A stretch of 44,143 nt of DNA from Catajapyx aquilonaris (taxonomy: Eukaryota), in the NCBI GenBank assembly GCA_000934665.2, contig JYFJ02003280.1, forward strand, positions 1 through 44,143, read 5' to 3'. Positions within the stretch are counted from its first letter, which is position 1. The number at the start of each line of letters is the position of its first letter. The notes beneath the pieces were generated by a model that made no database searches, was not told the origin of the DNA, and saw nothing but the letters and a program-made list of their open reading frames with translations. Shown piece by piece: positions 1 to 14,500 of the stretch. The position numbers and the translations under genes are program-made.

Positions 1-1869
1 GCCCAGAAAATGGCACGAAACATTCCCTCACATGGTTCACCGTGGATAACACCATGTCCCCCACAATTTTTGGACAACCCAATTGCCCGAATGCAACACT
101 GACGCAAGCTGCGTGCATTGCCTCGATTTTCGTGTACACCCAGCGCATCGCAACCTGCCAGCCGCAACTTGCTAGCGTAGCCCGTCCAAAATTGCGGCTA
201 GCAGCGCAACCCCCCCTGCCAGTCACACGCCAGGATGCTAATCCATCGCGTCACCTGTCAGTTCCCGGCACACAACCAAGGCAGGGCAAAGACACCTGCG
301 TAGGTACCGAAGGGGTGGGCAGCACAACAACGAGTTTTGCAGCCAACTATTGATGAGCAGGAGGTGGACATAAAACATCAGGATGGGCTCCAACCCATGC
401 GTCACTGATTAATGAGATAATGAAGCCGCTAATCACCGCCCCCATTAACACCCACCGAAAAAAAAAACAATCCGGGGCAACATCGCCAAAAATATTACGT
501 CACTTAATTAATCCTTTCGCAATTTGAAACGTTCCTTGCCCTGACAGTTTGATTGAATCCACAACAATCGTGGCCCCGCAAAAATTGGAAAGCAGACCTC
601 AATTACAACGCCCACTCCGCACGTCGCCCAAATACATTTCAAACATGGCGGTGGGTTCAGGTGTTAAGCCAAAAAACCGTTCAACCGTCCCCTCCGGGTC
701 ACTAAATAAGAGAAGGTTAACGACACGACCACATTCGAACTTTTACGCAATCGCTCGCGAAAAAAAAAAAACGTCGCGAATCTTTCTTTTCGCAAAGTCG
801 ACAGACCCCGCGGATTTATTACGCCTGCAACTTAATACTCAAATAAGCGTGAGCACAAAAAAAAAACGAGCCGCCTTAGCCAAAACGGCTGGAGATGCCA
901 GGACCACCTGGATTGCACACAGATTATTGCAAATCACGTCCTTGGCTCGCTAACTCTCCCACGCGCCGTCTTTTACGTGCCTGATTTGTCGTCCTCCCCT
1001 TGAAAACACTGCCGGCAGATGTCTCTGCCCAAGCGGTGCTACTGTATCGGTGCGCCCAAGCTAACAGCCGGCCCCCCGCCATTGTGTCACCCGACACTTT
1101 TCCGCAACAAAAAGGCACTTCCCCCCGTGTGCATCGCGTACCGAAAAAACCGCCGAACCTGCAACTCCGCATACCTATCGATCTTCCCACCCGCCTGTCA
1201 AGCGCAGGCTCCGTTTTCTTCACACATATCGCCCCTAGGAAACGGCAGGGGAAAAAAACCTGCCGGGGCGAGAATTTGGCTACCGGGCATTGAGCCGCAA
1301 TTGGCATTGATAGTCGACACGTCTCCAGCCGCGGCGTCCCTTTCAAGTCATCACCTGGGATGCTGTACCTTGAATCAACCCAGAGGATGTTTAAAGAAGT
1401 TGGGTAAAAGTGTGGTATGGGCTGGAGCTGCAAGAACAACATCCTGGGGGACAGGGACCCTCCTTCTTTTTCCATAAGAAAGCAGGTGTGGCCCCATGGC
1501 GCTTCCACTTGTTTGCCATGCCGAGCCCTCAAGAACAACATGTCTCTTGACTTGTCCGCAAACTACACCCCCACAGGGTCATGGCCAAATACTCTTACAT
1601 TTTACTCTTTTTTCTTTTTTTAAAATGAACCATCCCCCCCTATCAAAATATAAACTCCATTTCCTTTCTTCACAGGGGGTCACCACACGCATATTTGGAC
1701 AGCAGCTGGCGTGCGAGGTTCTAAGATTGTGCCCAAAATGTTGACAGCTCATGCAGCAGGTGAACTTTGAGGCAGGTCGTTGCATTGCAAGTTTCGATCG
1801 CGCTACTTTTTTTCATTAAAAAAAAAAAAAATCAACCACCCCCAGCCCCCCCGCAAATTCAGTACTTAC

Positions 1870-1941
1870 AACTCTTTGAGCCGTGGCAGCGAGCCGAAAA
1901 CGCTGGCGTTCACGCTTCGCAGCTGGTTGGAGCTCAGGTCT
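1870..1941 (-). CDS. LRIG: LRIG-like exon 3 (one 24-aa LRR)
   Basis: tttttcag|A GAC CTG AGC TCC AAC CAG...GAG TT|gtaagt; 72 bp; DLSSNQLRSVNASVFGSLPRLKEL. Confidence 0.88.
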
Positions 1942-4900
1942 CTGAAAAATCAAGCGAAAAAAAATACAGTGAATTACCAATCAGCCGGTATTTCATTCGT
2001 ATAAAACTACAAAAAGTTCCTGAACTACTTGCACCATGGACATTCAGGCATTGCGATTGGCGCAAACCCGTGGCATTGACCGGCGTGTAATCTAACCCCC
2101 AACCGTAAACCCAATACTTGATGACACTGCTTGGTCAGATCCCTTATCGACACGACCGGCCATTTCCTCGGTGTCAGGATAACATGTCACCCGGGAGCAC
2201 CTGCTTGCCACCGTGTCACCCCCTAAAATAGCAGGGTGGAGGGGAAGAGGTCACCCCGTGTTTGGCTGCCTAGTTGCACAATACATAGCCCCATACCGGG
2301 GTCAACCAGGTCTCGCAGGAAATGGCCATGCACGTGCTCCCTGAGCTGGCACACCACAATTCCTGCTCGCCCACTCCCTATACGGCACGACACGAATCCA
2401 CCATAAAAATCCCCTTAACTCTAGCCCCAGCCACCGATGTGTAGTACCACATATTCCACTCAGGGCCCCCATCTGGTCATACACACCAATAATCGGTGCT
2501 GACCACCCAGAGAGAGTACAGTCAGGAAATTCCATCCCGCTGCTGACCTCGCCGAAACCACGCGTCTCGTGTTGCCATATGCGATTGCACACACAAAGCG
2601 TGTCAAAGGTCGACCAGCAATACTCTTGTAACCAGACCGGCAGGGTTGCCCATTCTTCTAGCTTTGTTTCCGGCCAAACCCTGCCTATACAACCCTCCCT
2701 ATTGTATGCGCCGATTCCTGATCTATGTCACAAAGCATGTCTCCCCAACAGATAAACCATTGTGTACCTTACCTGGGATGCTAATGGCCCATTCTATAGG
2801 GTAGCCCAACCACTCCCAGAAAAAAAAAAGTACCAACCTAATGAATTATGCTGATCATTCACACCTAGCCGGCCATCTTGAGCTAATTCTAGAAACCTCA
2901 AGCATCCCTCCTCCCAAAGTCCTAAGAAGAAGATGAAGAACAAAAAAAAAAAACTCAAAAATCCAAGCTACAAAAGCACAAAGGCCTTCTTGGAACCCAA
3001 AAAAAGATCCCCTTTTTCTCCCTAAGGCCACGCTTGGTTCCACAGCAGGGGCACCGGCGCCTCGGCCGCCAGATTTATGTGCCCCCTGCGTCTTTTGCCC
3101 CGGGCAACCTCACACCTCTTCCCTTCCTGACCAAAGACCCTTCTTTTTTTTTTTTGCTCTTTCCTGCAGTACCCCAGTCCCCCNCCCCCCCCCCCCCCCC
3201 CTTTAGAAAATTTCAGTTCGGCTGAACAAGTGTGTGAATTAAACGTGACGTTGACGGTGCTTGTTCGTGACAAATGCACGTCAAAGTCGTTTGAAGGGTC
3301 GTGACCCCCCCTCTTCTAGGAGCGGCCTCTATTCAAGGCCCACCAAGGTCACATCTTAGGGTCTTCTGGCAGGTGGAATGCCCCCATGAAATAAATTTTT
3401 ATGCCAGTTGATGGCGTACTGGATGTATATATATGGAACAATGTTGCAATATATATGGTACGTATAATACCAGCCAATATTTCAATATCGAACAATTATT
3501 TGGCCATCTGGCCCGCGATGATGATCAGCCCCATCACAAATGACGCCATGTAAATCTCCACCGCATACAATCCGTGGCTTTGGTGGGCCCAGGTACAAGA
3601 TGAGTCCCCAGATAAAACCTGCGGCCCCCCCATTTTTTTTACTCAAGTTTCAGGATTGACTCGCGCATCACGTTGTGGTCTCCTCGCAGGTAGGACCTGC
3701 TCTAAATTCGGGACAGTTGTAAACACGGTCGGTTTCCACCTCAATAGTACCCCCCTGTCCTATCCGATTATGTCTTCTACCGCACCCTATTTGAACAATG
3801 ATAACTTATCGCAATACCAGCACACACCTGCAATGTTGCATAACTACACCCAGGTGCTACTTACACTGCCCAAAAAATGTGGGTGGCGGCTAGATACCCA
3901 TCGTGTGAAGGTTGTAGGCTTGTGCTAATGAGGATTTTATTGGGCTCTAAGTAGAGATTGGGCTCAGCAGGGGGGTGCTTGACGCGTGGGTGGGGCTTTT
4001 GGGACCCTCTCTGGCGCCTGTCGGCAAAAGTCCCTAATTTGTGAACGGCCCCGTGGCAAACTCCTTTTTTTTTTCTAGACATGTGTTGGTGGAATGTCGC
4101 CATGAATCGTCTCTCGGGCCTTCATTTGCCTCCGTAATGGTGCATTAGTGACAAAATATCCAGAGAGCTTAAGTGGCTCAATTAAATTCTATCTTTGTGG
4201 TTTTGCAGGGGGTCCAACACATTCCATCCGTTACAAACATTTGTTGGACTTTCCCACTATACCCCTGTTATGAATCGTACTTATCTATTTTATGGAGCAC
4301 TCTTAACCCTACAGATAACACCGAGTCAACACTAAACAAGGAAATATCTCCACACAACAACACCTGCCCCGTCCTACAACAAACGCCTTCGCAAATTAAC
4401 ACAATTTAGACTTACAACCTTTTTCCGTGCCACAAAGCCCCATTACGAAAGAAGGGCGTACAATTTCTGACCCCAACTGCCCCTTTCCCACCCTCCTAAA
4501 ATAGAGGTGGGTCACATATGGAGGACCTTGACAGTTCTCATATTCGTGTTTCTCCCAAGCCACTCCTACATCCCACATGGAAAACACCTGTCATGTGTCA
4601 AGGCGGGTACGCCGCGTTTCACGTCCAGATCGGTTATACGTACTCGGGGGTACCACCAAAAACGTGAAGACTTCAACTGTGGGACGGACAAGCATCGCAA
4701 ACTGCTCCACATCATTTCTAACCAAACGGACCGAGTTAAAAAAAAATGTGCGGTTCACCTTGAGAATGCAAATCAGGGGGTACTTCGTAATGTGACAATG
4801 GGTAATTAGACTGTCGATAACGCCAGATAACTGGTCTCGCCCACGCTATGTTCTCAACGCGAAAAAACACTTTTTTGCGCCCCAGTTGAAAGAGACGTAT

Positions 4901-7900
4901 CTTCAAAAAGGAGCGGGGTCGGAGGTCACCTGGCAGCCCCATTCATACGTCCTGATGAGTAAGTAGCCCACTACCAATACCGGAGTTTTATTCGCGTGCT
5001 TTATGGAGTGCGCACCAAGAAGGATGGTTATTGCTTCATTGTCCCCACCTCCTCCCCCTAAAGATGACCCATGTGGGCACAAACAGACACAACCCACACC
5101 AGGCCTTTCTACACATGCTGGAAACATCCTTAAGACAAACGAGCCTGCAAGAGGCGACGATTTATATGCTTATGGTAGCCCAGGTAAAAGGTGAAACGGG
5201 AGACGGTTTTTATACACATCCGCTGAGGTCACGCTCGGAGGTCGTCGTGACTGGTCCTGCTGTCACCAAACCCCAATTAATCTTCGGCTTTTAAATATAA
5301 ATGGCAAAAAAAGGCAGTACCCCGCAATACACAGGGTGTTCCACAAACTCCTTGGGCAGCCATATCGTGCTCAATATCCTCACAAATAGTTGCCAACAGT
5401 GCACGGGCGGTCACGTGCCCCGGCACACGTGTGCGTGTGTGGGTATATGAACCTGCGAGTGTGTCGCCTGTCACGCAGGCACACCGCCGCCTTAAACGTG
5501 TCCTGTGTGCCAACGCCCCCCTCAAACCCCCAAGCCCGCCCCCAGCAACTAACTAACCCCCCGTCACGACTAGAGAAAAGGAGAAATTGCTAATACTGAT
5601 AACCTACTTTGCATTTCGCGCTCTCTGAGACAAGTTTATATTTCCCATTCTGCTCTCTCTCTCTCGTTACAGAATGTGTTATGTTGTGTATACATTTGCC
5701 CGTATGAAATTAAAGGACCTGTGCGTCCATATAAGGACAGGCTGGCCAGAAGCCAAAATGGACAGGATTGGGTAAAGGTGAAAGAGGTAAAGTTCCTGTT
5801 ACCTTTAAAAAAAAAATGGGTCGCAAGGGGTCACTTATGGATGTCTAATATTTTCGAATGTACCAGGTACGTTCACCTAACAGCAAATCTTATCATACAA
5901 CCCAAGGCGTTTCCTTATCCAGCGCAAACTTCCTCAGACATGTTTACCCTTAGCACAAGGGGCGGTTTTACATAGCAAAAAACCCCCAACATGTGCGCGA
6001 TAAATAAATCAATGCAAAATATTCCTGGCACCACCACCTCAGCAAAAGGATGCCAAGAAAATTATGAGAACTGGTTCTCTGCTTTGCACATGAGCAACAC
6101 CCCGTGTAATCACGCCCCCAAGCAGGATTATTAATTGGTGGTGTCATAAAAATGCCGGCAGGTCAGCCATCCAAAAAAACACCGTGCACATGCCCCCCAA
6201 CATTAAAGCGCGGTAGCCCCCTCTTCTTAAACGTCACGCGCAACTAGGTGCCACCCAGAGTGACTAACGACAGCCGACAAATTGACACATTTTTAAAGAA
6301 AAAAAAACGAACCGACCCCTTGTAACACCTTCCATTAGTGGTCACAACCTCAGCCCAAAAAAAATCGGGGCTGAACACAGGTAGATGGGGGGGGGGGGGG
6401 GGGGGCNGGGGCACCCTAACCTGCAATCAGAGGGAGGGTCCGTACCCGCCCATCATGCCCCCTTCCAGGGTTCTTTTTCTGCAACTGGGGATTGTGTCAT
6501 TAGGACATTTGAGATGGGCCGGACTCATCAATTACTGGAGCCTTAATACCTGATGATTTTGGTCCCACGTAATAAAATACCTTGAGGGCACCTAAACATG
6601 CACATTCCTATTTGTAAGGAGGTGACACTTTTGAAAAATATGTGCGGACAGCATACGGATCACGTTTCCACTTCCAAGATATCTTAATTAGACCCCGAGC
6701 CTGTCCATTACACCGTAAGTGGGTTGGAATATGGATAGCTTAGAGAACAATGGCCATCGACTATTTCGCACTACACGACTTTCTCATCAAAACGAATGGA
6801 GGTCCTTTCTGATTAGCAGCAAACTACAGGGTTGCCACAATTATTTTTTTAAAGTTTAAGTCGAAGGCTGGCATACCTGTGAAAGCCCGTTATATATACA
6901 AAAAGCAGGGTGTACCTTTTTATCGGGGACACTTCACGCCACACCTGTGTCGTGATTCGAGGGCAGGTGGGCCAGGGTTCGAAGGCTTTCGCTCTTTTTG
7001 TACCTCCCCCTATTTTTTCCTATACGGCGACGCGCCCAGAATAGCTTCGTTAGTTAAAATGTCAGTATGCAAAGTCACACGTTCCTCCGGGTCGCCTTGT
7101 TGAGCACGTCTCCTTCCGTACTTTCAATATTATCGCACCCCCACTTCAGTCCACTCGATGTCACCCTACACCTCGAGTGTATCCGCCAACAATTTTCAAC
7201 AACACGGTACGTGTTATGCCAACAACTCGCCATTTTTGGTACAGCATTTCGCGTCATACTGCTTGCGACATTTTCTGTTACGGCAGAAGTGCAAATCGAA
7301 GCCGTGCGAGTAAGAAGAGGTAGGCCTTGAGTGACGTCACCCAAGGGCTACCACTTCTTACTCGCACGGCCCGTTGCACATCTGCCGCTTCGGAAAATGT
7401 CGCTAGCAGTATGCCGGACTGTACACTCAACGCATTTCTTGACTTTCATAGGTGTCCGGGGGAATGTCCACAAAAACAACTAAATTACTTCTCCGTGGGA
7501 CATGACAGAGACTGAGTGTCATCCTCGCACCCCACGCGATGACAGCAGGCCTCGACGTCAACAATCACTCTTAGGAAACCCTCCTGCAACTATTACTAAT
7601 CCTCCGGGCAGGGCCGGGAATAGGGACTGGAGGCGGAGGTACTAATAAGCTTAGTGGCTCCCATAAATCTCTTTTGCGGCTTCACCCACCCTACCTTCGG
7701 GCGGGCAACCTGGGGAGGCATAAGTGACCTTTGTCCCATCAAGGTGTAAAAGCTCTCGTTTTCAAAAGCTCCCGGGCGCCTTTTCAGGTGTCACTGATCT
7801 CCTGACGCCGACACTTGAATCCTTCTTTTTTTTGCACCAGTATCCTTGAGGACTCGGGACTCACAAAGGTGATATGGCCGTATAAATAAAGAGGAATCAA

Positions 7901-10900
7901 CGTTTATAGCCTGGGATGGATAACGGCAGGTTATATAAGGGATCGTAAATTTGTACTTTTTTAGGCGGGTGTAATGAATATTTAATTGTTAATCGTGTTA
8001 CGCCCAAGCCTTGCTCGGATTTATGCAGTTCCCTCGCTGAATATTCACACACGTTCTCAGAGCTGACACTCAATTGAATTCCTCCTCTGGCCTGCATTCC
8101 TACGATGAATTGCACATCCTGTGATTCCTCATCCTTGAATTTCCTCTCACCCCAGGAATACCAAATCAAATGCTCTCCGAATCGCTATTGTTGCTACACC
8201 ACAAAAAAAAAATATCGCGCTCTGGTAGGCCTCTTAAAAAGCGACACCTGGAAACCTCTTTTGAACAGCGCAGCGCCTCTCCAAAAAAGAAGGTCCTAAG
8301 CCCAGGCAGGGGAATCAGGTCCTTGTGGGAACAAAAGCTAGAGTCACGCAGATAGGCACAAAAGGTGCCTGGGACAGAGATTAATCGGAACCGTCTCCTG
8401 CTATTTCCACCCCCACACCCCTTATGCACCTCGCAACAAAAGGCCGGACTATTTCATATCAGGCCTCGGTGTCAAACTCAAAGGCACCGTGGGAGTCTCC
8501 CAGAAATTGGGGGTCTACCAGGGGGGGCACCACCTACTCAATAATTCGGTCTGGTCCCCCTTAATTGATTGGTCCTAAGTGGACCACCTGGTACGCCATA
8601 CCTGGCCATTTCGTATAATTCAGTTGTCTATGGCAGCGGTTCCGGAGCCGCTGGTCTATGGTGTGCAGGTGTAATTTATTTACATATCAACCACTTGTTC
8701 TGGTTTTACCATCAGTTGTCCAAATCATTACGAAACACCCTTCCCAGAAGAATTAGTGCTACCCCACCCGTTTTTGTCTCCATAACACCCGGTTCTCCCA
8801 CTTGATGTCCCACCAAAAAAAAATATAAGGGAGTTGCACATGAAACCAACCGGGTAGATGAAAATAGTGTGATTTTATGCCGAACAAGCCGTATTTCAGA
8901 TCCCCTCTGTCTAGAGAGGGCCACTCGGAGCCGGGGCTCTAAATCCTCGAAATATGTGGCCCCATAAAATTCCTTTTGAGACCGATGGAAAGAGCATCAG
9001 AGACGCGTCAGGAAGCCCGTTGGAATGACAAACGACGGTTATTGCTTATATACACATGCAACCGGGCTCCTCATATACATATCATGAAAAAATCCGGGGA
9101 GAGCCTCTGCATCACTGAAATCCGGATCGCTCCTATATACGCTACAAAAATCCCTATAAATCTTCCCTTTTTTTCGGTTGGTTGGTTGAGGCCTTTTCTT
9201 AAGGCCCCCCCTCCAGTTCACTTCTATGGGCTCCTCAAGTCGAAGGTTATATGGGACGTGTCAGAAATGAGCCCTTCTTAATTTTTTTTTTTCTTCCTTT
9301 GCCTTCTTCACGGTGTGACTTGCATGGAGTCGGCCGGATTTTGGGCGTAGACCATGAAGAAAGGTTTCAAATTGAACAAAGACTGGGCTAGCTGAGGATT
9401 CAGCGTGGTTGGGGTCAGTTTCCCCGGTATGATGCGAGTCGATTTGCTGGAATAACCCATGTCTCCGGTGCGGTTTGTTCCCATGAAGCCTGAGACCGAG
9501 CTCAGATCTGGCCAGATATCTATCCAACCACCAACTGCTAATCACACACTTGATATGCCACCAAAAATCAACAAATTTTCAATTATTACACAAATTATGC
9601 CATACGGCTGTATATATAGTACTTCCATCAAATTAACTGGTATCCTAAAATGGCCACACAACCTTTTTTTCTTCTTCTTCTTTTTAAACAGGTGCGTGAG
9701 GATCCTAATGGCGACAATGTCCACTATAAAGCCTGGGACAAGCTAAGGTGCATGTTCTGGGAACCCATTTTCGATCGGAAGACCGCCGAAAACACCGATG
9801 GCTTCTCTTGCCTTCTTTTTCCCCTCTCCCTGTTTCTCTAATCTCGTAGAAATGCTAATTGGTTGTAAAGGGAGGAGAGAGGGGTTGGTTTCTTACATCG
9901 CACCGCTTCGGGCCATCTTCAGGATGGTCACACGCACAAAAAAATATAAGGACAGACCGGTTCACGCCCCGTATGTACATCTTGTCAGTCCCAACTCCCA
10001 GCTAAATCTAGCAGACATGTGCATACACAACACGCGCACAGTATCCATTTTCTCAGCCGGTCCTAAAATGGCGGATCCAAAATGGCCCCCCTATACTCTT
10101 CTGGGTTATTGGGCTGGACATGGCCGGGACCCGTTTCCTCGCCCTAATTGCTATTGACAAATGAGGCGTCGCCTTCTCTTTACACATGTTGCCATAGACC
10201 GACCCCCCCCCCCCCTTTGCCCATGCACATGTCGCCACCTGTCGGCCTAGACACCTCATTTCACACTCTTAAAAATACCGCACTATGCGTAACGCAATTT
10301 ACGACATCCTCGTCCTGCAAGGTACTGCCTAATTTACATTTCCTGGCCAATAAGTTAATGACCTCTACAGGCCTGCTTATGAATGACCCCACCACCGCTA
10401 TAAATATTAATATGCGCCTCGATCTGTCGCCACGTTACATATCTTCCGGGGCGAGAGTTGGGCAAGATAAATAAATATTGCATTTATGCAAACCCACGTG
10501 TAAATACATATTTATACCAGTTGCCCACTGGCAAATTTCGCAATCGAAAAAAAAGGTCAACCCCGTGCCACCTATCTGTTATAACCAAGTCAGGTTGATT
10601 TATGTCATTTCGGAGGTGGAGCTAAATTATGTCTCTACATACAGATGCACAGGTATGGCCCACACTTGAGTTGAAAATATTGTCTGCGAGCGCTCGTTTA
10701 AAACCAACCTGCCTCAGGAGTGACATTGCAATTTCTTTCTGTGTTTTATATCGCACTGTCCTTTGCAGGTTTTTTATGCATGCAGATTGGGCCAGGTGAA
10801 AGTGCTTTTTGGAGAGGGTCAAAGGACTGTTTCGTCACCCTCAATGAAACCAATATGGCATTTTTTTTCCTGACCCAAAATATTCGGTCCCGCGTCCCCA

Positions 10901-11508
10901 TGATCTGGCACCCAGGGACACGTCTGGACCGTTTGGGACACTAATCTTGTTTATGGCGCTGCCAAGGGGGGGAAGGAGAGGTTTGCCTCCAACGCCCCAG
11001 GGGGAACAAACCGCCCCGGCATTCTACGCATGGCCGCCTCGGGGCCTCTTATTACGCCCGTTGCACGTGCACGCACGCCGTGTAATTTCATGCTTCGCAC
11101 TTGCACTCTTTATGCTCACATTGTTTACCACCACCCCAGCCCTCTTCCGCCCCTGCGTTTCCCATTACACATGCTGAGCGTTTTCGCACCTGGTCCCCCT
11201 AATGAAAAAAACAGGCCTCTCTTGCCCCCCCTGGTATGCCCTTGGCAACCCCCTAAACGTTACGGTGCGTTACGCACAAAATCTGGCAGCCAAGGCAACA
11301 ATCCGGCAACGCAGTGGCCCGCACAATGGCCTGCAACAACCATTGACAGGTCCTCCCGTTGGACTTGATGGATTCTTCCCGGGGAAGGAAAAGGGAATGA
11401 CCAGCTGGCCGCTCATATTTTTCTATGGCCGGGGCCAAACGCAGCATCCTTGGGGCTTGTTTTCAGAAGGGAGAAATTGACACAGGCATTCACTCCAGAG
11501 ATTTCTAA

Positions 11509-11575
<67 letters not shown>

Positions 11576-14500
11576 CCCCCCCCCCCACAGTCTCCCTTGC
11601 GAGGGTGACAAGTGGCCAAGAATCGATTCAAGATACTCACAGCTTCTCCAGGTTTTCCAAGCCAGCAAAGGCGTCCTCCTCCAGCTCCGATATCTCATTG
11701 TTACGCAGCTCCCTGAAAAATGAACAATGGTGTTTATAAAGAGTCGAGACATATTTTTTTAAAAATTCATTAAAAATTTGTAATCCATTGTGTCCATGTG
11801 TTTTCAAATGCCTCATTGCCAATTGCCAGCCACCACCACGTGTGGGTTTCCCTCGCACCCTGCCCAAAGATACCTGACTTCTTAGTCACCTCAGTGTGTA
11901 CACAGACTGAATGTACCAAGGGTGTGGCATGTATTCAATCCGCATGTGAATGCCGCTTGTCTTTTACCCCGGCGGATTTTGGGCATGGCCTCAAAACATG
12001 TCTCAGAGATGAGCTGGCGCCTTCGACCAAAATGCTAACAAATGGTAGGAAGGGACGCCCAAATTGGTAGCAGGTTTCCTAACCCTCCCTCGAATACAAA
12101 ACCCTTTTCTTATGGTGCCCCAGACACCCTCCACTTGTTTGACGCCTAGGCTCAAATTGAACCAATGTGTATGTGTGGTCTCTTTTTTTTTTTTTTTTTG
12201 GCTAGTCGCGTTGTCATCTTCGCAGCCACATGTCAGGGGTCAACTGCCACCATTGCCCACGAGTGAAAGTCGCCATCGAGGTCGCATCTATTAAGCCTTC
12301 CTGCTTCATTTTTCACGCCCGACTTCATCCCTCCCGGGTCAAGCCCCAGAAAAAAAACCGATTCCATCTTCACAAATCACCGCCCTGGTTATTGCCTCCC
12401 AGCCCCCACACCTGACAAACATGATTTGCATTGCGACAAGGTTGCGTCACCAGGTCACACATCAATTACGCATGACCTATTCGGGTTCAAATTTCCGGGA
12501 CTGCGCATTAGGGATGGGGAAATCTTTGTCCCCTTAGCTTGAAAAAGTTGAAGGCCGCTGGGACATGGGTGGAGCAGTACAAGCTGGAAAGGCCCAAAAT
12601 GCCTCTTTTGTGAGTTCAGGTGGCTGCTTCGTCTGTCCTGACGGTCACAAAGGGGGTCGTGGCCTTTATCCTCCTCAGCCCCCAACCAGCATATAAGCCC
12701 TCAGGGTTCCTAAGAAGCGCATACGCGGGAGGGCCCCTTTGGTTGTCTGTCACATAAAATCCCAGCCCCAATTCCTCCTCCCTAAACCTGTTCCTCACCG
12801 GTCCTGGTGGCATAAATGATGTTGGAATCCATGTTCCCTTTCGGTTTTTGTTGCCCCTCCTTATCTCCCCCATATTTTTTTTTTACTATAAATAGTACAA
12901 CAGCGGACTCCACCTGATTTATCCTGCAAAACTGGAAAATCGAGCATTGTTGTTGCACCAAGGTCCGCATGGTTGCCAAATTTTCAAGCAGTTTTGACAC
13001 TTGACAAACCGTAGGAACAGCCTTTCCGGCTTGTAAAAACGATCATCTCCCCCCCCAACTACCAAATCAGCTGGAGTCCTCCTTAGGGGAGGCCCTCAAG
13101 AAGGACCACATTCCTGGATCTCTGTGTGCTGGTTTGGAATGAGGACGAAACGTCTGGAGCAAAGGGGGGAAACAAGGGATGAAGAAGTTGAGGAAGAACC
13201 AGAGGAAGTTGCCCACCCCCACCAACCACCCCCATCCTTCCTTATGCATTGGGGCGCAGCTGGTGGAACAAGTTTGGAGGAACCAAAGAACACTAAATGG
13301 TCCCCCCCTGAATTTCAACCGATAACACCCTCCCACAAGAAGGAATTGATTTGCAACACAGCTGGCTTCAAGCTGTCTCCAAGTGTCCGGTAATAGTCCC
13401 GCTGACCTTGGTGACTCGCCAGATAAGGAAAATTACTATCGGGGGGTTGCGATAAGCCTGCGCCTGTTACCGGGCAAGAGGGGACGCGATGGACTGACGT
13501 CACCACCTTTCGCAGACTGTCTGACGAGCTTGGCTATAGGTCCCACATAACCTATTTTGTTTTTATGTAACGTCAGAACTAGTCCGGGGTAGTTGCGGGG
13601 GCTACTTTGAATTTTACAATACAAGTTTATCACCTTGAATGGCAAGCGAATGTACTGTACATGAAATAAAATAAATATATAAATAAATGATATTATTAAT
13701 AACAGGAACAAGAATAATAATATACCGGCTTGTGGCATATGACAGCCGTATCAATTCATATTAACGCCACGTTTCGTTCTCAGTGCTCATTAAGCCCGAA
13801 GTAATCAACAGACAATTAGGGCTAATTGGAGGGGGAAAATTTAGTAACATTCCATATTAACCAGATTAATTAGCATGAAACGTGATTACATTTTGCTGCG
13901 ACCTACGTCGCTTTGCCCCCGCATTGATCACTATTGAAAACGGGCCACTTCAATGCAAAATGCTGTTATTTCAATATTCGATTAATTTCGAAAAAAAAAA
14001 AGCTGCAACATTTCCAAATCAACTAATAACGCATATAGTTGTGGCAAATTCGTGCCAATATTCATACTGCACTAATGACTCTTCACGCAGCTTCGAGGAC
14101 CTTCCCAATATTATTACAACAGCAACATCAACTTCAGCGGTGTTTTGGATGCCACAATCCCACGACCCTACTCGATTCATGCCTGGCATCACTCCAGCAA
14201 CACACTCCATGTAGCAAACTATGGGATCCATTCACAATAAGTCTACCATCAAGTTGGTGTGACAATAGCATCCAAGCTGGAATATCTCCTTGGCTGTTGG
14301 CCAATCACTAACAAAGGGGCCTTTCCTGTCAAAATCTAACGCACATCTAATGGCCATTAGCAGCTGAACTACGCAACATGACTAGGTAATTCCTGGCTCC
14401 TTGAGTGTGAAGTATGCCAAGCGCTTCAGTGTTGCGAAGATCATAGGCAATATTGACATATTGACATGGGATTTGACATATGAGAAAGACAACCACATAT

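Noticed and set aside
3181..6411. Poly-C/poly-G tracts with N (3181-3201, 6385-6411; also about 24397-24416) as G-quadruplex elements
   Set aside because: Homopolymers with ambiguous bases; their lengths are unreliable and such runs are common throughout the window.
11413..11752. ORFs with ERERER repeats
   Set aside because: Translations of the (CT)n microsatellite.
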